A stretch of 64,000 nucleotides of DNA from Candidatus Acetothermia bacterium (GCA_016201405.1 JACQCZ010000007.1:68307-132306); one strand, 5' to 3'; positions 1 through 9,017 are shown, numbered from the stretch's first letter. Notes: generated by a model from the letters alone, not told the origin. Program-made: numbers and translations.

Positions 1-937
1 AGAACATTTAGCGATTACGCCAAAGGTCAAGGTTCAAGAGATGAGCGATGCCTATGGGCGAATCGTGGTTGAGCCATTGGAGCGGGGATTTGGCACAACG
101 CTTGGAAACGCTCTCCGACGAGTTCTCCTCTCATCCATTCCTGGGGCTGCCGTGACCCGGATTCGGTTTAGTGGGAAATATCACGAATATGACACAATTC
201 CTGGCGTCAAAGAGACTGTCTTAGACATCATTCTAAACTTAAAGGGTCTCTCGATCCGTTTGACGCATGGAGATGAGCTGCGCCGTCTCATTTTGGTCGC
301 CGATAAGGAGGGTGTCGTGACAGCTGGCTCGATTGAGGCCCACTCTGGAGTGGAAGTTCTCAATCCTGATCACTACATTGCCACTCTGGACAAGGGCGGC
401 AAACTAGAGGCCGAGCTGGAGGTCGAGACGGGCTTTGGCTATCGCGCTGCAGAGCGAAACAAGAAAGAGGATATGCCTCTGGGTGTGATCGCCATTGATT
501 CCGACTTTGCTCCCGTCAAAAAAGTCAATTACATCGTGGAAGAGACGCGTGTGGGAGAGCGAACGGACTTCGATCGGCTAATTTTAGAAGTGGAGACGAA
601 TGGCGGAGTAAAGCCTGAAGAGGGAATCCATCACGCCTCACAAATTTTGATCAGCCACTTCCACCTCTTCTCCGATCTCAGCCAGCATCCATTCGCAGTC
701 GCTCGCGAAGAGGAGCAAGAGGTCAAGCAGCTCGAAAAGACTCTGGAAGATTTGGGTTTTGACAAGCGGGCCTGCAACTTGTTGCGAGAGAGAAACATCA
801 ACACCTTGGGTGAGCTCTTGGCACACAGCCGTGAAGAGTTGCTCGACATTCATAAGTTCGGTGAGAAATCTTTGGTCAAAGTCGAAGAACAGCTTGTCGA
901 GATGGGATACGAACTCAAGACTTCCAAGAAAGCGTAG
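1..937 (+). CDS. rpoA: DNA-directed RNA polymerase alpha subunit, 5'-partial (frame open from base 2; true start lies upstream of the window)
   Basis: N-terminal domain signature VVEPLERGFGTTLGNALRRVLLSSIPGAAV and C-terminal HhH-type domain (LGELLAHSREELLDIHKFGEKSL). Codons at 2-40 (EHLAITPKVKVQE) carry no stop and extend the expected RpoA N-terminus. rplQ follows, as in the conserved alpha operon. Confidence 0.95.
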   Translation, partial: EHLAITPKVKVQEMSDAYGRIVVEPLERGFGTTLGNALRRVLLSSIPGAAVTRIRFSGKYHEYDTIPGVKETVLDIILNLKGLSIRLTHGDELRRLILVADKEGVVTAGSIEAHSGVEVLNPDHYIATLDKGGKLEAELEVETGFGYRAAERNKKEDMPLGVIAIDSDFAPVKKVNYIVEETRVGERTDFDRLILEVETNGGVKPEEGIHHASQILISHFHLFSDLSQHPFAVAREEEQEVKQLEKTLEDLGFDKRACNLLRERNINTLGELLAHSREELLDIHKFGEKSLVKVEEQLVEMGYELKTSKKA

Positions 938-946
938 GATGCGATC

Positions 947-1297
947 ATGCGTCATAGAAAGAGTTTCAGAAAACTTGGGCGAATATCGGGGTATCGCAAG
1001 CTCATGATGGCCGGGCAAGTTAAGGTTCTCATTGAGCATGGCAAGGTGGACACGACCGTTCACCGTGCCAAGGAGAGTGCAGTTATGGCCAACAAGATGA
1101 TCACCTGGGCCAAGCGAGGCGATATGCACTCCCGCCGATTGGCCTTTAGGATTCTGCAAGACAAGAAGATGGTTGAGAAGCTCTTTGCTGAGCTTGGCCC
1201 CAAATATACGAGCCGCGACGGCGGCTACACTCGTGTGCTCCGCATTCCTCCGCGAATTGGAGATGGGGCAGAGATGGCTCGGCTGATGTGGGTCTGA
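947..1297 (+). CDS. rplQ: 50S ribosomal protein L17
   Basis: MRHRKSFRKLGR start and DGGYTRVLR motif typical of L17; 116 aa; directly downstream of rpoA. Confidence 0.95.
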   Translation: MRHRKSFRKLGRISGYRKLMMAGQVKVLIEHGKVDTTVHRAKESAVMANKMITWAKRGDMHSRRLAFRILQDKKMVEKLFAELGPKYTSRDGGYTRVLRIPPRIGDGAEMARLMWV

Positions 1298-2214
1298 CCA
1301 GTCCAGCCATTGCTGCTCAAAATCTTTCCAAACACTATAACAATAAACCCGCACTTGATGGCGTAACGATCCGCGTCCCCCAAGGGAACATTGGGCTCTT
1401 AGGAGAGAATGGCGCGGGTAAGACAACATTTATCAAACTCTCTTTAGGGCTTTTGAAACCCACCTCCGGCTCGGCGTCTGTGTTGGGATTTGATGTTGCT
1501 CAAAAATCAGTAGAGCTGCGCCGGTTTGTGGGCTATATGCCAGAAGACGATTGTCTCCCACCCGATATGAGCGCATTAGATTTTGTAGTGAGGATGGGCT
1601 GTCTCTCTGGCCTGCCTCGTGAGGCAGCGGCTCAAAGGGCATACGATGTTCTCTATCTGGCAGGCCTTGGAGAAGAGCGCTATCGCCAAATTGGTGGCTA
1701 CAGCGTGGGGATGAAACAGCGCGTCAAACTGGCTCAAGCTCTTGTTCACGATCCAAAATTGGTTCTTTTGGATGAGCCGACGAGCGGGCTCGATCCCAAA
1801 GGGCGGGATGAAATGCTCGATCTCATTCAGGCAGTCAGAGATAAGATGGGAATCAGCCTGCTTCTCTCAACGCATCTCTTATTAGATGTGGAGCGGGTGT
1901 GTGATTATGTCGTCATCATTCGTGCTGGAAAAGTCATCTCGCATGGAGAGTTGAGTCAACTTTTGCAGGGGGCGACGCAAAGTATTTTGATTAGAGTTCT
2001 TGGAGATGAAAAAAAATTCATTGAAGAGATGCAATCAAAAGGCCTCTCTATTACAGGTGAGAACTCAGAATATCAGGTCGCAGGAGCCGGCGAAGAGATT
2101 TTTGATTTAGTCCTGAAAGCAGCATCAAAGACCGGAGTCCAGCTTCGTCGCTTAGAGCAGCAATCACGATCTCTAGAGGATTACTTCGCATCACTTCATC
2201 ATGCAAAATCCTGA
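1288..2214 (+). CDS. ABC transporter ATP-binding protein
   Basis: Walker A GENGAGKTT, signature YSVGMKQR, Walker B LVLLDEPTSGLD. Overlaps the rplQ stop by 10 nt. Confidence 0.9.
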   Translation: MGLTSPAIAAQNLSKHYNNKPALDGVTIRVPQGNIGLLGENGAGKTTFIKLSLGLLKPTSGSASVLGFDVAQKSVELRRFVGYMPEDDCLPPDMSALDFVVRMGCLSGLPREAAAQRAYDVLYLAGLGEERYRQIGGYSVGMKQRVKLAQALVHDPKLVLLDEPTSGLDPKGRDEMLDLIQAVRDKMGISLLLSTHLLLDVERVCDYVVIIRAGKVISHGELSQLLQGATQSILIRVLGDEKKFIEEMQSKGLSITGENSEYQVAGAGEEIFDLVLKAASKTGVQLRRLEQQSRSLEDYFASLHHAKS

Positions 2215-3136
2215 GAATCCAAAAGGCGTCATCTTTGATGCAGGATATCGCCGTTATGAAGGGCGCTATCTGGGACGGGCATCTGCGATTGCCAGTCTTG
2301 TTTGGGACGATTTCAAGCGGTCTCTGGGTGTGAAGCGAAGCCTCTTCTTTAGAATTGGGATAGTCTTAATGCTCTTAATACAGCTCGGTATCTCTCTCTT
2401 TTATCTATTCAGTAGCCAGTTCATAGAGCAAGCTTTTCAGCAATCGGGCGCACCTGCGGAATTGGCCAATCCATTCAGTTCATTTATAGATACCACATCA
2501 CTGTTTGGTCTCATTTTGGTGGCTATGGTAGCTCCTTATCTGCTTTGTAAGGATCGAAAGAATAATGTCTTCCCACTGTACATGGTTCGACCGATCTATC
2601 TGCAGGACTATATCATTGCCAAGGGGCTTTCTATCTTTCTTGTTTTGGCAGTTTTCATTCTTGCACCTGCGTTACTCATCTTTATTGGGAAAGCCTTTTT
2701 GGCTCCCAATGCTCTTCAGTATTTTGCAGACAATCAGACTTCTTTTGGAGCAATGATGCTTTCAGGGCTTCTCATTGCGGCTTTTTTTACTACCTATTCA
2801 ATGGGGATCTCTTCTCTAACCACAGGAGTTGGCGTTGCGGCAGGGATGATAGTCGGACTCGACTTTTTGTTGGGCATAGTATCAAGCATTCTCTTTCGGA
2901 TCAACAAAGACCCAACAGTAGCTCTCATTGCAATAGAGGAGTCAGTTTTTCGCATCAAAGATTGGATCTTCTTTGGGAAGGTCCCATCCATTTCAGCCTC
3001 TGTTGATGGGACGGGCAGAAATATCATTCAAATTGAGGCTCTTCCGGTCTGGATGTACATTAGTGTAATGCTGTTGGTCATTGTTGGGTCCTTGATTATT
3101 ACCTTCCTGGCCTATCGCCGGGAGGCCCAGCGATGA
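2201..3136 (+). CDS. polytopic membrane protein, probable ABC-2-type permease partner
   Basis: Multiple long hydrophobic segments. Overlaps both flanking ATPase genes (14 nt upstream, 4 nt downstream). No recognisable catalytic motif. Confidence 0.6.
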   Translation: MQNPENPKGVIFDAGYRRYEGRYLGRASAIASLVWDDFKRSLGVKRSLFFRIGIVLMLLIQLGISLFYLFSSQFIEQAFQQSGAPAELANPFSSFIDTTSLFGLILVAMVAPYLLCKDRKNNVFPLYMVRPIYLQDYIIAKGLSIFLVLAVFILAPALLIFIGKAFLAPNALQYFADNQTSFGAMMLSGLLIAAFFTTYSMGISSLTTGVGVAAGMIVGLDFLLGIVSSILFRINKDPTVALIAIEESVFRIKDWIFFGKVPSISASVDGTGRNIIQIEALPVWMYISVMLLVIVGSLIITFLAYRREAQR

Positions 3137-4041
3137 GCGTCATTCAGGTGCAGAATGTCATCAAGAGATATGGCGATGTCGTAGGCGTCAGCGATGTGAG
3201 CTTCAATCTGGATGCTGGAGTGATCGGACTGCTTGGCCCCAACGGAGCTGGCAAGACTACCTTGCTCAAGATGATCGCAGGTCTGCTTATTCCTAGCTCA
3301 GGCTTTGTGCGTGTTTTAGGTGAGTCCTTGCGTCAGAAGCCCAGTCTATATAAGCGTCTTGGCTACTGTCCGGAGACCGACCCATTTTATGGCTACATGA
3401 CTGGTCTTGAGTTTCTGCAGCTGACTGCAAGACTCCAAAATATCAAGCCGCCACAAGATGCGGCACTAAAAGCCCTTGAACTCGTCGATTTAGTAGCGCA
3501 GAAGGACAAGAAAGTCCGAGCCTATAGCCGGGGAATGCGCCAGCGTCTCAAAGTGGCTCAAAGCATCTTGCATGACCCGGACGTCATTCTTTTGGATGAG
3601 CCCCTCAAAGGCGCAGATCCGAACCAGCGAAAGATTCTGATTGATTTGATTGCTCATTTTGGTGAGCAGGGCAAGAGTGTGATCGTCTCATCGCATGTCC
3701 TTCACGAAGTAGAGCGCATGGCCTCGCAAATTATTCTGATCAACCGCGGGCGGTTGCTGGCCTTGGGAGACTTTCATGCGATTCGCGGAGCTATGGCGGA
3801 CCGGCCTCACAAAGTTGCGCTTCGTGCTAATAACATTCATCGCCTGGCTGCAGTTCTTACTGAGAAGGGACTGGTCAGCGGCCTCAATCTCTCTGGCGAT
3901 GACCTAATGGCGGATATCAATCAGCCGGATCTCTTTTACACTCAGCTTCCAAAAATCGCTCTGGAAGCCGGGATCAGGCTTACAAAGATTACCGGTCTGG
4001 ACGAAGATTTGGAGAGCGTATTTCGCTATTTGGTGCAATGA
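3133..4041 (+). CDS. ABC transporter ATP-binding protein
   Basis: Walker A GPNGAGKTT, signature YSRGMRQR, Walker B VILLDEPLKGAD. Confidence 0.9.
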   Translation: MSVIQVQNVIKRYGDVVGVSDVSFNLDAGVIGLLGPNGAGKTTLLKMIAGLLIPSSGFVRVLGESLRQKPSLYKRLGYCPETDPFYGYMTGLEFLQLTARLQNIKPPQDAALKALELVDLVAQKDKKVRAYSRGMRQRLKVAQSILHDPDVILLDEPLKGADPNQRKILIDLIAHFGEQGKSVIVSSHVLHEVERMASQIILINRGRLLALGDFHAIRGAMADRPHKVALRANNIHRLAAVLTEKGLVSGLNLSGDDLMADINQPDLFYTQLPKIALEAGIRLTKITGLDEDLESVFRYLVQ

Positions 4042-4811
4042 TGATTCGAAGCGACATTTTTCGCATGACACTACGGCAGTTGATTGGTGGGCACCGCCTA
4101 GGGTTGACCATCTTTATAATGATCTTGTTGTTGCTGCCCGTACTGCTTGCTGAGACGACCGTACAAGTTCAACAGTTTCATTCTAGTGAGACTACCATTT
4201 CGCTTGCTAATGTTATGAATGAAATGTTTGATGGGTTTCAACTGCCCTTTCTCTATCCAATCATCATCTTGATCCTTGCTTCCCTTGCGTTGCGAGAAGA
4301 GATTAGCAATGACACGATCTCCTATCTCTGGGTCAAGCCGATATCTAGGGAGAGCATTCTCTTATCGAAATTTCTTGTTGTCTTTTTGGTTGCATTTATC
4401 CTCTCCGCGTTAAGTCTTTTGTTTACCGCGAAGATTCTGGATGCGAACTGGGACATTGCGCTCAATCTGCTTTTCGCAGCGGGTATCTCGCTATTGGCTT
4501 ATGGATCTTTCTTTCTGGTGTTGAGCCTCTATATGGGAAGGGCGATTTTGGTTGGATTCTTTTATATTTTGATTTGGGAAAATTTGCTCAGCAAATTATC
4601 TCCGCTTGCCTCCTCGTTGAGCATTCGATCTTATGCTCAAAATTTGACCAATGCACTTCTTAATCTGCCTTGCGGAGGCACTTCTGATAACCCTGGAACA
4701 TGCTTGCCAACAGCAACAAGTATCATTGTGCTTCTACTAATCTCTGTTGGAAGTCTGGCGCTTTCAGTCTGGCGATTCTCTAAGATGGAATTTCCAGGCG
4801 AGATGGAATAA
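4038..4811 (+). CDS. ABC-2-type transporter permease
   Basis: About six hydrophobic helices; 4-nt overlap with the upstream ATPase. Confidence 0.65.
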   Translation: MMIRSDIFRMTLRQLIGGHRLGLTIFIMILLLLPVLLAETTVQVQQFHSSETTISLANVMNEMFDGFQLPFLYPIIILILASLALREEISNDTISYLWVKPISRESILLSKFLVVFLVAFILSALSLLFTAKILDANWDIALNLLFAAGISLLAYGSFFLVLSLYMGRAILVGFFYILIWENLLSKLSPLASSLSIRSYAQNLTNALLNLPCGGTSDNPGTCLPTATSIIVLLLISVGSLALSVWRFSKMEFPGEME

Positions 4812-4814
4812 AGC

Positions 4815-4864
4815 AGAAAGCCATCCTGATTGTGGTGAGGAGGCCGTATCCAGGATGGCTTTCT
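4815..4864. terminator. perfect 14-bp hairpin between convergent genes (putative bidirectional terminator)
   Basis: AGAAAGCCATCCTG (4815-4828) is the exact reverse complement of CAGGATGGCTTTCT (4851-4864), with a 22-nt loop. It lies between the stops at 4811 (+) and 4910 (-). The U-tract is weak. Confidence 0.5.
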
Positions 4865-4909
4865 TACTGATCCTACTACTGCAGAGTGATACTAGGTTTT
4901 CTGCTCGAA

Positions 4910-5797
4910 TTACTTAAAGACACCGAATGCGCTGGCCAAAGCGACTGCGCCAACCGCGAGACCCAAGCCAGCCACGATCATGTTCTGCTGCTCTTGAGCC
5001 CTTGCATTCGTGACTTCAGCGCTCAGATCGCTTTGTAACTTGGCGACTTGAGCCTTTAATGCATCCACATCGCTGGTCTCAGCTTTGGTTGTCTCCAATG
5101 CAGAGATGCGATTGCTGCTGCTCTCCACTTTGCTCTGGATGGCGGCGATGGGAAGCCCATTTACTTGCTGCTCAACCGACGAGACGCGGTCCGTCAACGA
5201 GCTGATCTGAGTGCTGACGTCCGTGCGCATGGCATCAAAGCGTGCCATCAGCTTGGCCATCTCCTCTGGGGAGCCCGATGGCATCTTGGCCAAGTGATCC
5301 TTGAAGTCTTCCAAGGCATTTACGCGGTCGGTAAGCTTGTCAATGACTCCGGGGAGCTTTAGAAGTTCCATGACGTTCCCCTCGACCCCTTTGAGTCGAG
5401 CGTCCAGTCCCTGAACCGATGTTTCCAAATCGAAGACGCGGCCTTGCAGGACGGAGTTCTTCTCGTTCAAGCTTGCGGCCAGGCCTTGCAGCGTCCCTTC
5501 CAGGTTGAGAATCTTTGGAGTCAAATTATCAATCTTCTGGTTGACGCTTTGGAGATCACGGATAGAGCTCTCATCTTGCTTCAGCTGATAAGAGATTTCC
5601 TTGATAATGTCTGTCATGGCTTGGGTCTGCTGGACCTGGAATGAGAGATCCTTGACCGTGTCCTCCAAGTTGCTTACCGATTTGGCTAGTGAGTCGACTT
5701 TCTGCTCCAGATCCTGATCTGCTAAGGATATCGGGCCTAGCAAGAAAAGGCTGGAGAAGAGAATCGCGAGTACGACAATTGAAGGCTTCTTCAGCAT
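4910..5797 (-). CDS. secreted/anchored coiled-coil protein (N-terminal signal peptide, C-terminal hydrophobic anchor), function unknown
   Basis: N-terminus MLKKPSIVVLAILFSSLFLLGPISLA is signal-like. A long Q/L/E/K/S-rich heptad-like region follows. The C-terminus NMIVAGLGLAVGAVALASAFGVFK is a single TM. A strong SD (AAGGAGGAGG) lies upstream. Confidence 0.75.
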   Translation of the reverse strand: MLKKPSIVVLAILFSSLFLLGPISLADQDLEQKVDSLAKSVSNLEDTVKDLSFQVQQTQAMTDIIKEISYQLKQDESSIRDLQSVNQKIDNLTPKILNLEGTLQGLAASLNEKNSVLQGRVFDLETSVQGLDARLKGVEGNVMELLKLPGVIDKLTDRVNALEDFKDHLAKMPSGSPEEMAKLMARFDAMRTDVSTQISSLTDRVSSVEQQVNGLPIAAIQSKVESSSNRISALETTKAETSDVDALKAQVAKLQSDLSAEVTNARAQEQQNMIVAGLGLAVGAVALASAFGVFK

Positions 5798-5803
5798 AGT
5801 ATG

Positions 5804-5860
5804 CCTCCTCCTTGAGCTAAATTACTGCTACTCTAGATTGTTTCCTCAATTTGGAGGAGG
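5804..5860 (-). promoter_or_regulatory. SD-sequestering helix in the 5' UTR of the 4910-5797 gene
   Basis: On the minus-strand RNA, CCUCCUCC-AAA-UUGAG (plus coordinates 5860-5845) can pair with CUCAA-GGAGGAGG (5816-5804). That gives 13 bp with a 3-nt bulge and buries the SD of the ATG at 5797. Confidence 0.4.
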
Positions 5861-6648
5861 AGCGGGGTTCAGACCCCTCGGGAACTTGGTCACATGTGGC
5901 TGTAACGTGCGTTACACTCGCGAAGTCTGGTCTGTCTTGCCCTCTTCCTGAGACTCGGCACAGCCGCTTCCGTGCTTCGAGTCGCCTATTATCTGAGCAG
6001 GCTGAAGGCAAAAAGAGCAAAATGACACCGAGCTCCTTACAGCATGCTCTGTTACACTTGCAATGTTCATTGTGGGGCCTACTGATGGAGCCACAAGCTT
6101 CAGCAAGCCATCTATACATTCAGGTAAAAATGATCCCGCACTTCCACGACTATGGATGACGCGATAACCAGTTGAGAGACGGAGTCAAGATTTGACGAAT
6201 TGACTTTTCTAATACAAATTCAATACGGAAAGGCATCCGCTTTAGTCTTCCATTTTGTGGATCAGCGACATTCCTGGTATCAGAGCTCGTCATTCCATAA
6301 TTCTGGTCTAAATAGAATGTCCGCTAAGAGATATTAACAGACTCATGAGTGATCACAGAGCCCACAATGCGAAGAAAAACGGTTCTGGCACGAGATAACC
6401 CGTATAAAATAGAACTCTTCGATTTAAAGCCCTGTATTTGCCAAGATCCGCTTTGTGTGTTTTGTGATACGGGTTACGTCCAAACTTCCCATCTGTGAGG
6501 TGATAAAGGAGATGTCATTCAAAAAATGCCAGCAGAAGCCAGAATTTTGATTCCCAATGTATTCAGCCTCACATTGAACGTGATCTCAGTTACTGATATG
6601 ACTTGATCCCTCACCTAGAATTCCGGCATCGCTAAAGGGGGGATGTAG

Positions 6649-7929
6649 ATGTACAAGCTTATGTCGTCATGGCGTATTCCAGCACTGGTGCTGCTGGTAG
6701 CTTTCATAAGCCTCTTCTCCCTCAGCTCTGCATTCGCGCAGAACTATGATGAAGAGAAAGACCTTAAAGCTAAAGTCCAGCAGCTTCAGGCTGATGTCGA
6801 TGACTTGACTTCACTGCTCAAGTCACTCACGCTACAAGTCCAGAAAGTTTCCGACAGCTCCAACACGGACTTGGAAGAGTTCCGCCCACGTCTGTTTAGC
6901 GTCGAGAAGCTCACCAAGGACAACACCTTCGATATCAAGAAGATGTCGGGAACCGTTGCAGATCTTTCAGAGAAGGTCACTGAACTCAGCGATCTGCCCG
7001 ATCAGGTCTACCAGCTCAAGGACTCCGTCACGGACCTTAAGTCTAAGACGATCAACAGCATTGCAGAGCTTAGCAACCGCATTGCTGCCAATGAGCTCGG
7101 AATCCAGCACCTACAAGATGCTGTAGACAAGGCTGTCGTCCTCACCAATAACTTCGAGCAGAATTTGGGAACCATCTTCTCGCGGCTCGATGGCTCTGAC
7201 GCCAACATCAACACACTTCACGGCCAGATCGGTGATCTGCAAAATTCCCTGCAGAAGCTCTCCACAGATGTTGACACAGGGTATTCAACCTTGTCGGCTG
7301 ACATCAATGGGCTCAATGGGAAGGTTGCCGATCTCCAAGACGCCCTTACAAAAGTGGACAATCTCGCCGGCATGGTCGCACAATTCCAGACCCAGCTTGC
7401 CGAAGTCGTTGCCCGACAGGATCAGACTGAGGCCAAGCAGGCTCATCTGAGCGATACTGTCGATAAGCTCGGGGACATTCAAGGTCAGTTAGAGCAGCTC
7501 AACGCCCAGCTTCTGGTCGCTGCGAGAAACGTTCAAGAGAACTCTCAGCAAATTCAAGATAACACTGCCCGCCTTGATGAGCTTCAGGCTCAGTTCGGTG
7601 GCAAGTCGGGTTCAGCGTCTCAGGATGTACAGTCACAGCTTGACCGCTTGACCCAAAAGGTGGGAGACATTCTCGCCCAGTTCAACAGCACTCAGCAATC
7701 TGTGACGGACATGCAACAGCAGATTGCAAGCGCAAAGGATGAGATCAAGCGCGATGTGCTGAGCTCGATCCCTCGTGTTCCTACAACCGATGAGATCACC
7801 GTGCTGATTCAGCAGACCACCGCTAAGCAAGTCAAAGAGGCGCAAGCTCGCGCCGATGCCGCTCAAGGGCTTGCCATCGTGGCCCTCATGACGGGGTTAG
7901 CCGCTGTGGCAGTCGCCCTCCTTCGATGA
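6649..7929 (+). CDS. secreted/anchored coiled-coil protein (signal peptide plus C-terminal anchor), architectural paralog of 4910-5797
   Basis: N-terminus ...IPALVLLVAFISLFSLSSAFAQ is signal-like. About 370 aa of coiled-coil-like Q/L/D/S-rich sequence follows. The C-terminus GLAIVALMTGLAAVAVALLR is a TM anchor. SD AAAGGGGGG upstream. Confidence 0.75.
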   Translation: MYKLMSSWRIPALVLLVAFISLFSLSSAFAQNYDEEKDLKAKVQQLQADVDDLTSLLKSLTLQVQKVSDSSNTDLEEFRPRLFSVEKLTKDNTFDIKKMSGTVADLSEKVTELSDLPDQVYQLKDSVTDLKSKTINSIAELSNRIAANELGIQHLQDAVDKAVVLTNNFEQNLGTIFSRLDGSDANINTLHGQIGDLQNSLQKLSTDVDTGYSTLSADINGLNGKVADLQDALTKVDNLAGMVAQFQTQLAEVVARQDQTEAKQAHLSDTVDKLGDIQGQLEQLNAQLLVAARNVQENSQQIQDNTARLDELQAQFGGKSGSASQDVQSQLDRLTQKVGDILAQFNSTQQSVTDMQQQIASAKDEIKRDVLSSIPRVPTTDEITVLIQQTTAKQVKEAQARADAAQGLAIVALMTGLAAVAVALLR

Positions 7930-8016
7930 GAAACGTGGTGACATGCGAAAGCAGACAGCGTTAACTACTAGGATCACCCCTTTGGCGGCAAGCAGAGTGT
8001 AGGGGATCTTAGCGAA

Positions 8017-8053
8017 AGAGATGGGGGTCTCCAAGCATGGGACCCCCATCTCT
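8017..8053 (+). terminator. rho-independent terminator of the 6649-7929 gene
   Basis: AGAGATGGGGGTC (8017-8029) pairs with GACCCCCATCTCT (8041-8053), followed by TTATTTCTTTAT. Confidence 0.7.
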
Positions 8054-8076
8054 CTTTATTTCTTTATCCAAAAAAC

Positions 8077-9003
8077 TCAATCTCGAAATAGATTTTTGGC
8101 GATGAAGAATATATTGGCAGGGCGCTCAGCTAGCCGCCTCATAAAGTACGGATACCACTCGCTCCCAAACGAGACATAAACTCTCACCCGGTACCCCTCC
8201 TGAGACAGAGCAATCTGAAGGTCGCGTCGGATCCCAAATAGTGTCTGGAATTCAAAAGAGCTTTTTGGAATTCTATTTGCAGTAGTCCACTCTTTCACAT
8301 ACTGAATGATCTTTTCGTCATGAGTCGCGATTCCCACGTAGGTTCCTTGTCCAATAGATTGTTCACTGAAAAGTTTATGAAGAAGATTTAGATAACTCTT
8401 ATCAACATCCGCCTTTTTAGGAAATGCGACAGAAGCTGGCTCAGCATATGCGCCTTTGCAGAGCCTCACGTTTAGTCCGATGGGCAGAAGCTTTTCAACA
8501 TCCGAGATGCTGCGATAGAGATACGCTTGAATGACCACTCCGACATTATTTAGACCGCTGTCGCGAAGTCTTTTGTAAATCTCAAGAGTCGCATCGGTGT
8601 ATGCAGAGCCTTCCATATCAATTCGCACAAAGTTGTTGGTTTTGGCAGCATGCACGACCACGCGTCTCACAGTCTCAAAACAGGAATCTGGATCCAGTGC
8701 TAAACCCATCTGGGTGAGCTTTAGCGAAACATTGGAGTCCAATTTTTGAGCATGGACCTGATCAAGAATTTCGAAATAGAGTTCTGCAGATTTTTGTGCC
8801 TCTTGCAGCGTATGAACATTCTCACCCAAGTGATCCAGCGAGGCTTTGATCCCAATCTGGTTGAGTTTCTTGACCTCATTCAGCGCTTCAGGCAGTGCTT
8901 CACCTGCGACAAATCGATGAGCCAGTCTTCGCGTGGGGGGGAAATGAGTGCACCACTTCTTGAATCGATTATTGGCGGCCAGAGCGAGTAAAAGTTGTCT
9001 CAT
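8077..9003 (-). CDS. proline dehydrogenase (monofunctional)
   Basis: 308 aa with typical ProDH barrel motifs (ASLDHLGE, VRIDMEGS, VVIQAYLYRS, VRLCKGAY, GIATHD, FQTLFGIR, RRLAERPAN). Confidence 0.85.
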   Translation of the reverse strand: MRQLLLALAANNRFKKWCTHFPPTRRLAHRFVAGEALPEALNEVKKLNQIGIKASLDHLGENVHTLQEAQKSAELYFEILDQVHAQKLDSNVSLKLTQMGLALDPDSCFETVRRVVVHAAKTNNFVRIDMEGSAYTDATLEIYKRLRDSGLNNVGVVIQAYLYRSISDVEKLLPIGLNVRLCKGAYAEPASVAFPKKADVDKSYLNLLHKLFSEQSIGQGTYVGIATHDEKIIQYVKEWTTANRIPKSSFEFQTLFGIRRDLQIALSQEGYRVRVYVSFGSEWYPYFMRRLAERPANIFFIAKNLFRD

Positions 9004-9017
9004 GGCGAAGATAGGAG

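Noticed and set aside
638-1429. 263-aa ORF on the minus strand
   Set aside because: It lies entirely antisense to rpoA, rplQ and the first ABC ATPase, all of which have unambiguous motifs. Its sequence is low-complexity and Arg/Leu/Ser-rich, typical of a shadow ORF.
5850-6120. Possible tmRNA, RNase P RNA or SRP RNA
   Set aside because: I looked for a tRNA-like acceptor/T-arm (the GGGGTTCAGACCCC loop has G where the invariant A58 should be), for the RNase P P4 strands (GAGGAAAGUCC / ACAGAACCCGGCUUA) and for the SRP GGAA/AGCA motif. Only fragmentary resemblance was present on either strand.
5817-6159. Three overlapping ORFs of 64-102 aa on both strands of the long intergenic region
   Set aside because: They are mutually overlapping and compositionally odd (Ser/Arg/Cys/His-rich), with no SD. 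Open frames on both strands fit structured or non-coding sequence better than genes.
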